A stretch of DNA of 37,195 nucleotides from positions 1-37,195 of the IMG/VR virus record IMGVR_UViG_3300032335_000219, one strand, 5' to 3'. The translations under genes and the position numbers were made by a program. The stretch is from a virus (Duplodnaviria > Caudoviricetes). The notes under the pieces are model-generated. The model was not told the origin of the DNA. It searched no databases and was given only the letters and a program-made list of their open reading frames with translations. Numbering within the stretch: position 1 is the first letter of the stretch; every line of letters starts with the position of its first letter. Positions 26,286-35,900 of the stretch are shown here, piece after piece.

Positions 26286-26331
26286 TGCCTGCCGAGGGGA
26301 TTGCACCCTCGCTTGCCCACTAGGGGCAGGC
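26286..26331 (-). ncRNA. tRNA-like structure lacking an anticodon arm
   Basis: 7-bp stem GCCTGCC/GGCAGGC plus A, 5-bp stem GAGGG/CCCTC with 7-nt loop TGCAATC, connector with TAGTGG. Confidence 0.55.
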
Positions 26332-26338
26332 TGCCTGC

Positions 26339-27088
26339 TTAGCCTTGGATTGAGGCTGCTCGGTCTTTGAGATATTGACCTGTCTTTGGGTCAAGATTAC
26401 CTGCAAGCATCAAGATGTTTAGCAGGGATTCGCACTTGTTTAAACGGTCATTGATTCCGAGTTCGTCAAGTGTGATTAGTTTGGTGGCTGAATAATCTTT
26501 GAAGGCATCAATAAACTTTGCCCATGCCACTGCTTTGGTGCCATTTAGGGTGCCTTGGTGCACTCTAATCTCAAGTGTGCCATGGCGCCCGAAAGATTGC
26601 AGATTGAAAGATTGGTAACGGTCACCGTTGATGTCGGAGATTTCACCGTTGCGGATTCTTTCAACATTGCGGTCTATATTTTGCAAAGTTGGAACCTTGC
26701 AGTATGAGTTGTTTAAACGGCTTGGGGCAACCAGTGCACCGATTGCCTCGTGCACAAGATTCCAGTTCAAATACCACTGGGCAACATGGTCAAGGCTTAG
26801 TGCTGCTGCACCGATGTGAACATGGAAGCCAGTGGTGCGGTCAACCTTGCCACCTGCTGAAAGAAGCAGACGGGCAACGGTTGATGCCTCGTTTAAACGC
26901 TCCTCGCCAAGGATTGGAGATACAACCTCGGCACCTCGGACTGAACCGTCATAAACGCTTGACCAAGATTCGTGGATTTGGTGTTGATTGCGTGGCTCGA
27001 TGCACTCGATGCCTCCACGATTTAGCGCTGCAGATGCAGCACTGGTTGAAATACCAGCGACCTCAAATTCCAGTCCGTAAGTAGTCAT
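26339..27088 (-). CDS. Putative amidoligase (COOH-NH2 ligase, glutamine-synthetase fold)
   Basis: YGLEFE, DGS, EVVSP, TGFHVH, R....YC, DRY..FN, GTLEIR, GTL. Confidence 0.88.
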   Translation of the reverse strand: MTTYGLEFEVAGISTSAASAALNRGGIECIEPRNQHQIHESWSSVYDGSVRGAEVVSPILGEERLNEASTVARLLLSAGGKVDRTTGFHVHIGAAALSLDHVAQWYLNWNLVHEAIGALVAPSRLNNSYCKVPTLQNIDRNVERIRNGEISDINGDRYQSFNLQSFGRHGTLEIRVHQGTLNGTKAVAWAKFIDAFKDYSATKLITLDELGINDRLNKCESLLNILMLAGNLDPKTGQYLKDRAASIQG

Positions 27089-27618
27089 TAGTTAGCCTCC
27101 ACAAGTGCGATATTGCAAACTGGGCAGATTGGAGCGCCAAGGTTTACAAGTGTGGAGCGAGAGATTCTTGCGATGTAGTTATCGTTTAAACATGCAACCT
27201 TGATTAGTCGGGTTGTCTGCTTAGGTGCTGCAGCGATTTCTAGTGCTGCATGAGGATATGAGCCAAGGCGCTCAAGGATTGGCAGTGCCCATGAAGGCAG
27301 GGTGTCCAGTGGCTTTGCAACGCTTGGTGCTGCATTTCTCCAGTTGCCACTTTGGGCAATTTGAAGCAGTGGGATTATTGCTGCAGCGACTTTTGATGCT
27401 GCATCAACGGTTGGTGAAATAAAGATTTCAGCAGTGAAATCTTGTGAAGCAGTTGGTGGCACTACTGCAGCCACTGCAGGCTTGCGACCTACTTTTGGAG
27501 GGAAGCCACAAGATAGGCGAATTGCTGCCTCCTCATCACCTCCGCCACTGATATTTCTAGCGATTGAAGGCTTTGCAGCAGATGCAAACGCTGCTAGCCA
27601 TTGCTCACGATTTCTCAT
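27088..27618 (-). CDS. SprT-like protein lacking HExxH
   Basis: REQWL, RLSCGFP, EIFISP, LGSYPH, KQTTRLIK, PICPVC; ATG 27618 with SD GGAG preferred over the track start. Confidence 0.65.
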   Translation of the reverse strand: MRNREQWLAAFASAAKPSIARNISGGGDEEAAIRLSCGFPPKVGRKPAVAAVVPPTASQDFTAEIFISPTVDAASKVAAAIIPLLQIAQSGNWRNAAPSVAKPLDTLPSWALPILERLGSYPHAALEIAAAPKQTTRLIKVACLNDNYIARISRSTLVNLGAPICPVCNIALVEAN

Positions 27619-27663
27619 GATGTTGCTCCGTTTCCAGTCGGTGTGGATTGTTCCACTGGGATA

Positions 27664-27692
27664 AAGGTAAACGAGTTTAAACAGAATTACAA
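27664..27692 (-). promoter_or_regulatory. Putative first early promoter with GTTTAAAC in its spacer
   Basis: TTGTAA-N17-TACCTT; spacer ttctGTTTAAACtcgtt. Confidence 0.55.
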
Positions 27693-27697
27693 GCACC

Positions 27698-27902
27698 CTC
27701 TAAAACCATTAATTTATACTGACTTTAGAGGGTTTAAACGATTGTTGGTTGGTTGGATTGCCTCCGATTATTGAAGCAGTGGCAAGTGGCAAATAAATAT
27801 ATTACTGGCGAGTAATGCTCTAAAGTCATTGATTTATACTGGTTTCAGCGATGTGCAATAGTGGCGATGCTCTAAAGTGATATTAAACAACTGACTTTGG
27901 CG
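27698..27902. repeat. Three imperfect 33-bp dyad repeats
   Basis: 27698-730, 27818-850, 27870-902; consensus CTCTAAAGTCA-N11-TGACTTTAGAG. Confidence 0.75.
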
Positions 27903-28196
27903 TATTACTGGTGAGTAGCATTTCGGGGCTATTCGTAGGGCTGCCACATTGTGAGATGTCCGTATCACATAGTGAGATGCCATTGCGATGCCTGCGGTTA
28001 GCAGTCGCTAGTGGTGAGTGCTAAGTCGGGGCGATGCCTTGCAGTTTAAACAAGGCTGCTGCGATTACTGGTCGGGGCGGATATGACACCGAGCAGCGAG
28101 TCAGCGCCAAGCCAGCGCATAGTCCTGCCAGCACCTAGCGCTGCCAGCCAGTGCAGCAAGTGCAAAGCAGTTTAAACGCCAGCAAAAAGCCTGCAA

Positions 28197-28535
28197 TGTT
28201 TGACCCCAGGTTTTTAAATATCTGTGTGTCTGTGTGTCTGTGTATCTACACACATAACTTTGATAGCCCTGGGGTACAAACATAGGCTTTGACCTGCGGT
28301 TATACCTGAATAGGTATACCGCTGCAAAAATACTTTGCAAATAAATGTCCAATAAGTGTCCGTTGGACACCTAATAGTATATGTAGGGCAAAACAATATG
28401 TGCCCTACGACAAAAGCATTTAGGATGCCTTAGGCATCCCCCTAGTAATTGCCCTAACCTACGGCTTCCGCCTTGGGGCTACAGCCTACGGTTAGGAAAG
28501 GATTAACTGCAATGCTTCCATAAGGTCGCATTGCT
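28197..28535. repeat. Cluster of inverted repeats upstream of terminase (candidate terminus/packaging/late control region)
   Basis: IRs at 28197-210/28268-282, 28356-370, 28383-408, 28423-439 and further stems to about 28535; short (TGTGTC)n tract near 28223. Confidence 0.6.
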
Positions 28536-28544
28536 ACTACGCCT

Positions 28545-30407
28545 ATGGAAAGAAAAAGAACTACTGCTGCATCCCATAAGTCAGATGCCATAAAAAAGCA
28601 GATTATAGATTTTCTCATGCAAGGCTACTCGGTCCAACGAGCAATGGATGCCGTTGGGAGAAGTGTCAAGACTTACGAGTATTACCGTAAGACAGACCCT
28701 GAGTTTGCTGCAGGTATAGACAAACTGCGAGCATTGACCGCTAGAGGTGAGATAGGCGGTCCGACCCAAGAGGTACCACCTTTTGATGATTTCTCTTTAA
28801 AATATCTTGGGGTACAAGTATTTGAACATCAACGCCATTGGATTGATTTATTAGAGTCCAGAGTGCCTACGAATGTTCACCCTTCAATCATTTACGAGCC
28901 AGGCGATAAAGACCTGCTTATTGTAAACACTCCCCCCGAACATGCTAAGTCTACGACTATTACAGTCAACTATGCTGTTTACCGAATTTGCCAAAACCCT
29001 AACATCCGAATCATGGTTGTTTCTAAGACCCAGGCTATGGCGCAAAAGTTCCTGCTCTCCATCAAGAACAGACTCACCCATCCTCGTTATCAGGACTTAC
29101 ACCTCGCCTTTGGACCTCCAGGCGGATTTGAAAAGAACTCTGATTCGTGGAAGCAGGACTTAATTTACCTATCATCAGAATCTCGTGACTCTGGTGAAAA
29201 AGACCCAACGGTTCAAGCCATTGGTATTCGTGGACATATCTACGGTGCCCGTGCTGACTTAATCATCATGGATGACTGTGTTGACCATACCAACGCCCAT
29301 GAGTACGAAAAACAGATTGACTGGATTCAATCAGAAGTTATGTCCCGTATAGATAACGATGGCGGAAAATTACTGGTAGTGGGCACAAGATTACGCCCCA
29401 AGGATTTATATTCCGAACTCCGTGACCCCATGCGTTATCCCGATGAAACTTCTCCTTGGACTTACTTCGCTCAACCCGCAGTATTGGAGTTTACAGATGA
29501 CCCTGCTGATTGGGTTACTCTTTGGGCAAAAACGAATATGCCCCCAGTGTCTGGTAATGGTACTCCAGATTCTGAGGGACTCTACGACAAGTGGACAGGC
29601 ACGGCGCTCAATCGTAAACGAAGTCGCATGTCACCCAACTTGTGGGCGATGGTTTATCAACAACAACAGGTACATGAAGATAGCGCTTTCCCGCAGGATT
29701 CAGTTAAAGGCGTTATTAACGGCGCTCGCAATATTGGCATCATCCCGAAGAATAAGGCAGGCAACAGACTTGCTGGGATGGATGGGCTTGTTGTGGTTGC
29801 TGGGCTTGACCCCGCCATGGCTGGGCATACCGCTGCTGTCTGTATTGGTGTGGATGTATCTACTCAAAAGAGATATGTGTTGGATGTGTCGAACAAACAA
29901 GGCATGAAGCCTGATGAGATAAGAGAATTGATTAAAGACTGGACAGACAAATATTCAATTTCTGAGTGGCGTGTTGAAAAAAATGCATTTCAAGCAATGT
30001 TAACTCAGGACCGTGAGGTACGAGAATACCTACAAGCAAGGGGTGCGATACTTAAGGAACACCATACTGGAAACAATAAATGGGATACTGACTTTGGTGT
30101 CGCATCCCTTACAACATTGTTCCATGGTTATGAAGAAGGCTTAAACCTTATTGAGTTCCCATCTACGCATCAGTCCGAAGGATTAAAGGCTCTTATTGAG
30201 CAACTAATTACTTGGTACCCAGAAGCCCCACGAAGTCAAAAGACAGACTGCGTTATGGCACTTTGGTTTACTGAATTAGCAGTACGAGATAGAGTCGCAA
30301 CCGCAAGCAACTTTGCTCGCAATCATAGTTACACAAATATGTTTCAAACAAAATATGACAAAAGCCAGCAAGTCACCGTTAACTTGAGTGATTACGCATA
30401 CAACTAA
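28545..30407 (+). CDS. terL: Terminase large subunit with N-terminal HTH
   Basis: PPEHAKS Walker A variant, GARADLIIMDD, VVGTR, YQQ, GLDPA, VEKNAFQ, DCVMALW. Confidence 0.93.
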   Translation: MERKRTTAASHKSDAIKKQIIDFLMQGYSVQRAMDAVGRSVKTYEYYRKTDPEFAAGIDKLRALTARGEIGGPTQEVPPFDDFSLKYLGVQVFEHQRHWIDLLESRVPTNVHPSIIYEPGDKDLLIVNTPPEHAKSTTITVNYAVYRICQNPNIRIMVVSKTQAMAQKFLLSIKNRLTHPRYQDLHLAFGPPGGFEKNSDSWKQDLIYLSSESRDSGEKDPTVQAIGIRGHIYGARADLIIMDDCVDHTNAHEYEKQIDWIQSEVMSRIDNDGGKLLVVGTRLRPKDLYSELRDPMRYPDETSPWTYFAQPAVLEFTDDPADWVTLWAKTNMPPVSGNGTPDSEGLYDKWTGTALNRKRSRMSPNLWAMVYQQQQVHEDSAFPQDSVKGVINGARNIGIIPKNKAGNRLAGMDGLVVVAGLDPAMAGHTAAVCIGVDVSTQKRYVLDVSNKQGMKPDEIRELIKDWTDKYSISEWRVEKNAFQAMLTQDREVREYLQARGAILKEHHTGNNKWDTDFGVASLTTLFHGYEEGLNLIEFPSTHQSEGLKALIEQLITWYPEAPRSQKTDCVMALWFTELAVRDRVATASNFARNHSYTNMFQTKYDKSQQVTVNLSDYAYN

Positions 30408-30421
30408 GATAGGAGGTGAAC

Positions 30422-32236
30422 ATGGCACTTACCGTTGAAGAAATTAAGAACTATTATGACCGCTATCGCCGTATGTACGATGACCGTGACCAGCGCATGA
30501 ATCAAGTTCTCCAAGTTCGTCAAGGCAAGATGCGAGATGTTTACCCAGACCTTTTCCCCGATGGTCCTTTTGAGAATCCTATCGTGGCAAATATGGTAGA
30601 TATTGCTGCCCGTGATATTGCAGAAGTTATTGCACCTTTACCATCGTTTTCATGTACTTCAACATCTATGGTTTCAGAAACAGCCCGTAGAAAGGCTGAC
30701 AAGCGTGGAGAAATCGTTAACGGTATTGTTAACTTCTCTGACCTACAGACCCAGATGTTTAATGCTGCAGACCGTTATGTAACCTACGGTTTTGTACCAG
30801 CACAGGTTGAAATTGATATTGATGAGAGCATGCCTCGCATTAAATTCTTTGATTCATTAGGAAGTTACCCAGTTATTGACCGTTATGGTCGTGTAACTAT
30901 GTTCTTCCAACGCATGAATAAGCCAACAGAAGAACTAATGGCTAAGTATCCAGAACTAGCGCACTTAATTTACGATAAAAACAATACGACAACTGTGTCC
31001 GAGATTGTTCGTTTCCATGATAAAGACCAAGATGTCCTATTCATGCCACAGAAAAACAATCTTGTTCTTGAGCGTGCCAAGAATATGATGGGCGAGTGCA
31101 TGATTCGTGTTGTACAACGACCTTCATTAGATGACCAATCCCGTGGTCAGTTTGATGATGTACTGGCTATTCAAGTTGCTAAGGCACGCTATGCCTTACT
31201 TTCACTTGAAGCAGCAACCAAATCAGTACAGGCACCGATAGCGATGCCTTTAGATAGTCAGGAGTTAGCCCTTGGACCTGATGCAATTATGCGCTCCAGC
31301 AAGCCTAATGAGATTCGCAGAGTCCCACTTGAACTTCCTAGCAATGTGTTCGCACAGCAATCAGTTCTTGAGCAGGAACTCCGTTTAGGTAGTCGTTTCC
31401 CAGATGCCAGAACAGGTAATATGGATGCTTCCATTATTACTGGTCAAGGCGTTAAGGCTCTTATGGGTGGTTTTGATACACAAATCAAGACTGCACATGC
31501 AATGTTTGCTCGTGCTTTTACTGAATTGTTAGCACTTGCTCTTAAAGTTGATGAAAAAATCTTTGGTAATCAAGAAAAAGAACTTAAAGGTGTGTATAAC
31601 GGTACTCCTTACAACCTTAAGTACAAGCCAGAGCGTGATATTAGCGGTGATTACACCGTTGATGTGCAATATGGCTTAATGGCAGGACTTGACCCTAACC
31701 GTGCATTGGTCTTTGGACTACAAGCACGAGGTGATAAGTTAATTTCTCGTGATTTCCTACGCCGTCAAATGCCTTTCTCTTTCAATGCAACACAAGAAGA
31801 AGAAAAAGTTGAAACAGAAGAACTGCGTGATGCTATGAAACAAGCAATCGCTTCTTATGCACAAGCAATACCTGCCCTTGCAAGTCAAGGACAAGACCCA
31901 TCCGACATCCTACGCAAACTTTCGTATGTAATTAGTGCTCGCCAAAAAGGAACTGCTATTGAAATAGCAATCCAAGAGGCGTTCCAACCACAGAATCCCA
32001 CACCTGCTGCAGCCCCAGGCTCAGTAAGTCCCGAATCTATGGGCATGCCAAGTGAGAGCGCAGCAGGTGGAGGGCAACTTCCAATGGGCATGAGCGAAAC
32101 TGGTCGTATGCAAGGCGTTGCACCTGGACAAATTATGCCTGGTGGTCGCCCCGATGTTCAATCACTTCTCGCTGGTTTAAACAACCGTGGAGATGCAAAC
32201 TTACAAGCCACAGTCGCACGCAGAGTGCCGTTCTAA
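30422..32236 (+). CDS. Portal protein
   Basis: About 600 aa directly after terL, SD AGGAGGTG, low-complexity C-terminal tail. Confidence 0.85.
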   Translation: MALTVEEIKNYYDRYRRMYDDRDQRMNQVLQVRQGKMRDVYPDLFPDGPFENPIVANMVDIAARDIAEVIAPLPSFSCTSTSMVSETARRKADKRGEIVNGIVNFSDLQTQMFNAADRYVTYGFVPAQVEIDIDESMPRIKFFDSLGSYPVIDRYGRVTMFFQRMNKPTEELMAKYPELAHLIYDKNNTTTVSEIVRFHDKDQDVLFMPQKNNLVLERAKNMMGECMIRVVQRPSLDDQSRGQFDDVLAIQVAKARYALLSLEAATKSVQAPIAMPLDSQELALGPDAIMRSSKPNEIRRVPLELPSNVFAQQSVLEQELRLGSRFPDARTGNMDASIITGQGVKALMGGFDTQIKTAHAMFARAFTELLALALKVDEKIFGNQEKELKGVYNGTPYNLKYKPERDISGDYTVDVQYGLMAGLDPNRALVFGLQARGDKLISRDFLRRQMPFSFNATQEEEKVETEELRDAMKQAIASYAQAIPALASQGQDPSDILRKLSYVISARQKGTAIEIAIQEAFQPQNPTPAAAPGSVSPESMGMPSESAAGGGQLPMGMSETGRMQGVAPGQIMPGGRPDVQSLLAGLNNRGDANLQATVARRVPF

Positions 32237-32253
32237 AAGGGAGGAGGGTAACC

Positions 32254-32445
32254 ATGGCAAATACAAGTACAGCAAAGTATCCAAACAACCAACCTGGTAA
32301 GGCATCAAAGCCTGCTAATCAGGGTGGTTCAGCAAAGCCAAATGTACAACAGCCTACAAACTTCGGTATGCCAAAGGCTTCAAAGCCTGGCGCATCCGTA
32401 ACAATGTTCACAGCACAACCAAAGGGAACAAACGGCTCAAAGTAA
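32254..32445 (+). CDS. Small Lys/Pro/Gly-rich basic protein
   Basis: SD GGAGG; internal KASKP repeat; no acidic residues. Confidence 0.7.
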   Translation: MANTSTAKYPNNQPGKASKPANQGGSAKPNVQQPTNFGMPKASKPGASVTMFTAQPKGTNGSK

Positions 32446-32448
32446 GCC

Positions 32449-32478
32449 TTAAACCTGAGTAAGTTTAAAAACTGCTCA
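32449..32478 (+). ncRNA. H-type pseudoknot motif, copy 2
   Basis: TTAAAC/GTTTAA stem, loop CTGAGTAA, TGAGTA pairs with TGCTCA 32473-78. Confidence 0.6.
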
Positions 32479-32518
32479 CTAATTTTAAATACTGACCTTA
32501 AATGGAAAGGAGATGCAC

Positions 32519-32989
32519 ATGGCGGTAGAAAACCGTGGCGGTAATCGCCCAACTGCAGGACAAAATAACTATGCTGTTTCAGCAACAGGTGGTAGTGGAA
32601 ATGCAGGCACACAAGGCGCAAAGGCTATGACAGGTGGCGAATATGGCGAAAATCAAGCCATGATGGAAATGCAAACATCAGCACCTATGAACGCTTCTCC
32701 TACTTTCGCAGCAACTCCTTCTATGAGTCGCACACAGTCAGCCCCAACTGGACAACAAATTGTTCCGTTAGATGCACCAACACAACGCCCAGATGAACCA
32801 GTTACTACTGGTATTGATGTAGGCGAAGGTGCTGGTAGCGAAGTTATGTACGCAAAAGACCAAACTCTGGCAACAGAGGACCGTCAGCGCATGATTACTG
32901 CATTGCCAACGCTTTCAATTCTTGCAGAATCTCCTTCCGCTTCTAACGCCTTCCGCAATTATGTTCGTTATTTGCGGAGCGTTCTTTAA
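32519..32989 (+). CDS. Hypothetical virion-associated protein
   Basis: RGGNRP...YGE...PTQRPDEPVTTG..GEGAG; SD GAAAGGAG. Confidence 0.7.
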   Translation: MAVENRGGNRPTAGQNNYAVSATGGSGNAGTQGAKAMTGGEYGENQAMMEMQTSAPMNASPTFAATPSMSRTQSAPTGQQIVPLDAPTQRPDEPVTTGIDVGEGAGSEVMYAKDQTLATEDRQRMITALPTLSILAESPSASNAFRNYVRYLRSVL

Positions 32990-35900
32990 TGGGTTTCTTA
33001 GATAATTTAGGTAATTGGGCAGAAGGTCAAGTCAAAAATTTTGGTAACGAAATTGGATTGGCTGTTCTGGGAAATGATATTGCCTCCGTTGCAACTAATG
33101 ATAAATCTTGGGCAGCGGATGCATTTCAAATAGCAGGAGATGTATTTAAAACTGGTATTACTGCTACAACCTATGTACCCCGTAAGGCACTAGGTGCAGC
33201 ATTTAATGATGTTCTTCTTCCAGTTGCTCGTACTTCTTACAATGTTGGTGGTAAGTATGTTCGTGAACCATTGTCTGCAGGATTACTTGGCTTAGCAACT
33301 AATGATTGGCAACAGTCTTGGAATCAGCGTGGTGACATTTCCGCTGGACAGGCTGCTGCATATTTGCAATCACGCTTTGACCCAACTAAGTCAGCGCTTC
33401 GCATGGACTTTGATATTTTTGACCCAAATGACCGTAAGGTTTTTGATACTAACTGGGAATATCGCACACTATCAGGTGCCTATGACACCTTCTTTTCAAC
33501 AGTAACCGACCCACTGGGTAAAGTTGCTAAGGCTGGTGCACTTGCTCGTAAGGCTCTAGTTTTACAGCCATTAGGTGCAACTGATGCAGGTATAGCACAA
33601 TTAACTAAAGATTTTTTAATACCAAGAAGCACACGCAATGTAACTATTCTTTCACCACAAACCCTTGCTACAAAAATCAATGAGGGTCGTGATGTAAATG
33701 GTGGACTTTACAATAGCATGGATTGGTTTGCTAAAAACGATAAGTTAGCAATCCGTAATCACCCTATGGTTGCAGCATCTAACGATGCAGATACTCTTTC
33801 ATACCTACTTGGTGAAGTAAAGACTACAGATGATGTAGCAGATGTATTACTTGCTACTGCAGTTAAAGACACAGAAGCAATGGCTCGTTTAGTTTTAAAG
33901 CGTAAAGACATGGCTTTTGTTATGGATAAGTTAAAGCCAGTATCTCAACTTGATAAACAAGTTATTGATAATATTCCAACCAATGGTATTGTTGATGATG
34001 TAAATGTTCTTGATGCTGCTACAGCACTTGTTGATAATGCTATGAACGACCCTTATATTAAGTATTTAACAGATTTAAACAAAAAAGGTCTTGATTTAAC
34101 TAAGCGTACATTTGGTACTGCCGCAACTCAGCGTGGTTCTATCCGTGCTGCTGAACGCCAAACATCTCGTGCACTTGGTGAAACACCATCACCAAATTCA
34201 TACCCAACGCTTGGTATTTTTCAACCAACTAAGTATCACCCAGTAGTAGCAGTAGTTAACTTTGCAGAACGATGGGCTGGAGAACGCCCTGCTGGTTATT
34301 TCAATGCTAACGATTCTGATTCATTTAATGAAATGAAAGCCTTTGGTGGCATGCTTAGCCGTATTGTAGGCAATAATGCTGCTGCTCCTATTGTTGCTCG
34401 TCATTATGATGATTTTATTACAGCAGGAGATATACCTGAGGCTCGTGCTCGTGTAGCCACATCTTTTGAAGATTTAGCAGTTATGCAAATTAACAAAACA
34501 CTTGGTCTTTCTGATGAAACTGGCAAGTATATTTGGGATGCATATAAAGGTCGCCGTAAGACAGCAATGGATTCAGTGCGTGACCGTAAGTTCTTAATGA
34601 CTAACGATGACACTATTCTTAAGATTCCTTATCTTGAACGCCAAGGTGCTAACGCACTACCAATGGTTGACTTGGAAAACTATGCCCGTGTTCTTAAAGA
34701 GAACAGTGGTTTAATTAAGGCTATTGATGGCAGCCATGGCATTGTTGACCCAGATGCAGCAAAATACACCGCTGGAATACTTAACGATATGTGGAAGGCT
34801 TCCGTACTTCTACGCCTTGGTTACACAGTGCGAAATATTAGCGAAGCATCTATGTCTATCCTTGCTAAAGGTTATGGTTTAGTTGCTGCCTCAGAATTAA
34901 GCACCGAAGGTGTTAAGAAGTGGTACAACAACCGTGTAATTGGTATTGACCGTCTAACAGATAAGACTCTTGTAGCAAAAGGTTTGCGTGAAGATTCAAT
35001 TAAACTTCGTCAGGAACTAGCAAGCGTTCAACAAGACCGTGCTCAAATTGCTAGTTTAAACAAAGACATTGATGAACACATGGCTGGTGTTGAACTTGCA
35101 TTTAAACGAGGACAACTAACAGAAGAACAAATGCTTGAGTTCTTAGATGTTTCCTCATACCGTACTGGCGAGTTTTTATACCATGGTTCACCAACTGGAC
35201 TTCGTGGTTTAAACACTAACCGCCCATTGGCGATGAGTTACTCAGCAGAAGTAGCAGAAAAATATGCTGATGCTGGCATGCGAACCATCTCAGCAACTGA
35301 GATTCAAAAGCGTTTAACTGGTACTGCTGGTCGTCTACCTAAAAACATTGAACTTGCTCCTGGCGCAGATATTGGAACACCAGAAGTATTTGCACAAATG
35401 CCAGCAAGTGAATTTAAAAATGTTGAACAATGGGTTACAGGCGTAGCAGGTATTGAACAAAATATTTTACGAGGACAAGCCTGGGATGAAATTACTGGTG
35501 AATTAGAAAAATTAAATCCTGATTCTGAGCGTTGGGTAAAAGAATTAGAACGCACCATTAAGCGTTCTGTAATTAACAAACCAACAAAAGTTTATCGTAT
35601 TACAGACAACATGGCTTTTTACAGAACACCAGTTGGTGGGATTGTTGACGAACCAGCATTTGTTGCTACAAGTAAAAATGCTGACATACCTACATCCCGT
35701 AATTTTTATCTTGAAATTAAATTACCAAAAGGTCACCCTGGTTTAGACATTAAAAGAACTTACAATGATGCGCTTACCAGCAAAGCAGCCGACCCAAGAA
35801 CTCTTGGTGGATATAATGATGCAATGCGAGAAGCAGAAGTTTTGCTTCCACCTGGAAGTAAGTTTAAAATTATATCTCGTACTCAAGCAGACCCAGAGGG

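Noticed and set aside
26286-26331. Canonical tRNA gene
   Set aside because: Only about 46 nt with no anticodon arm; reported as tRNA-like instead.
26020-26370. 116-aa plus-strand ORF
   Set aside because: Antisense to two better-supported minus-strand micro-ORFs and the tRNA-like element.
28101-28396. Minus-strand ORFs as a small terminase or early gene
   Set aside because: No SD, atypical composition, and they cross repeats and hairpins; likely non-coding.
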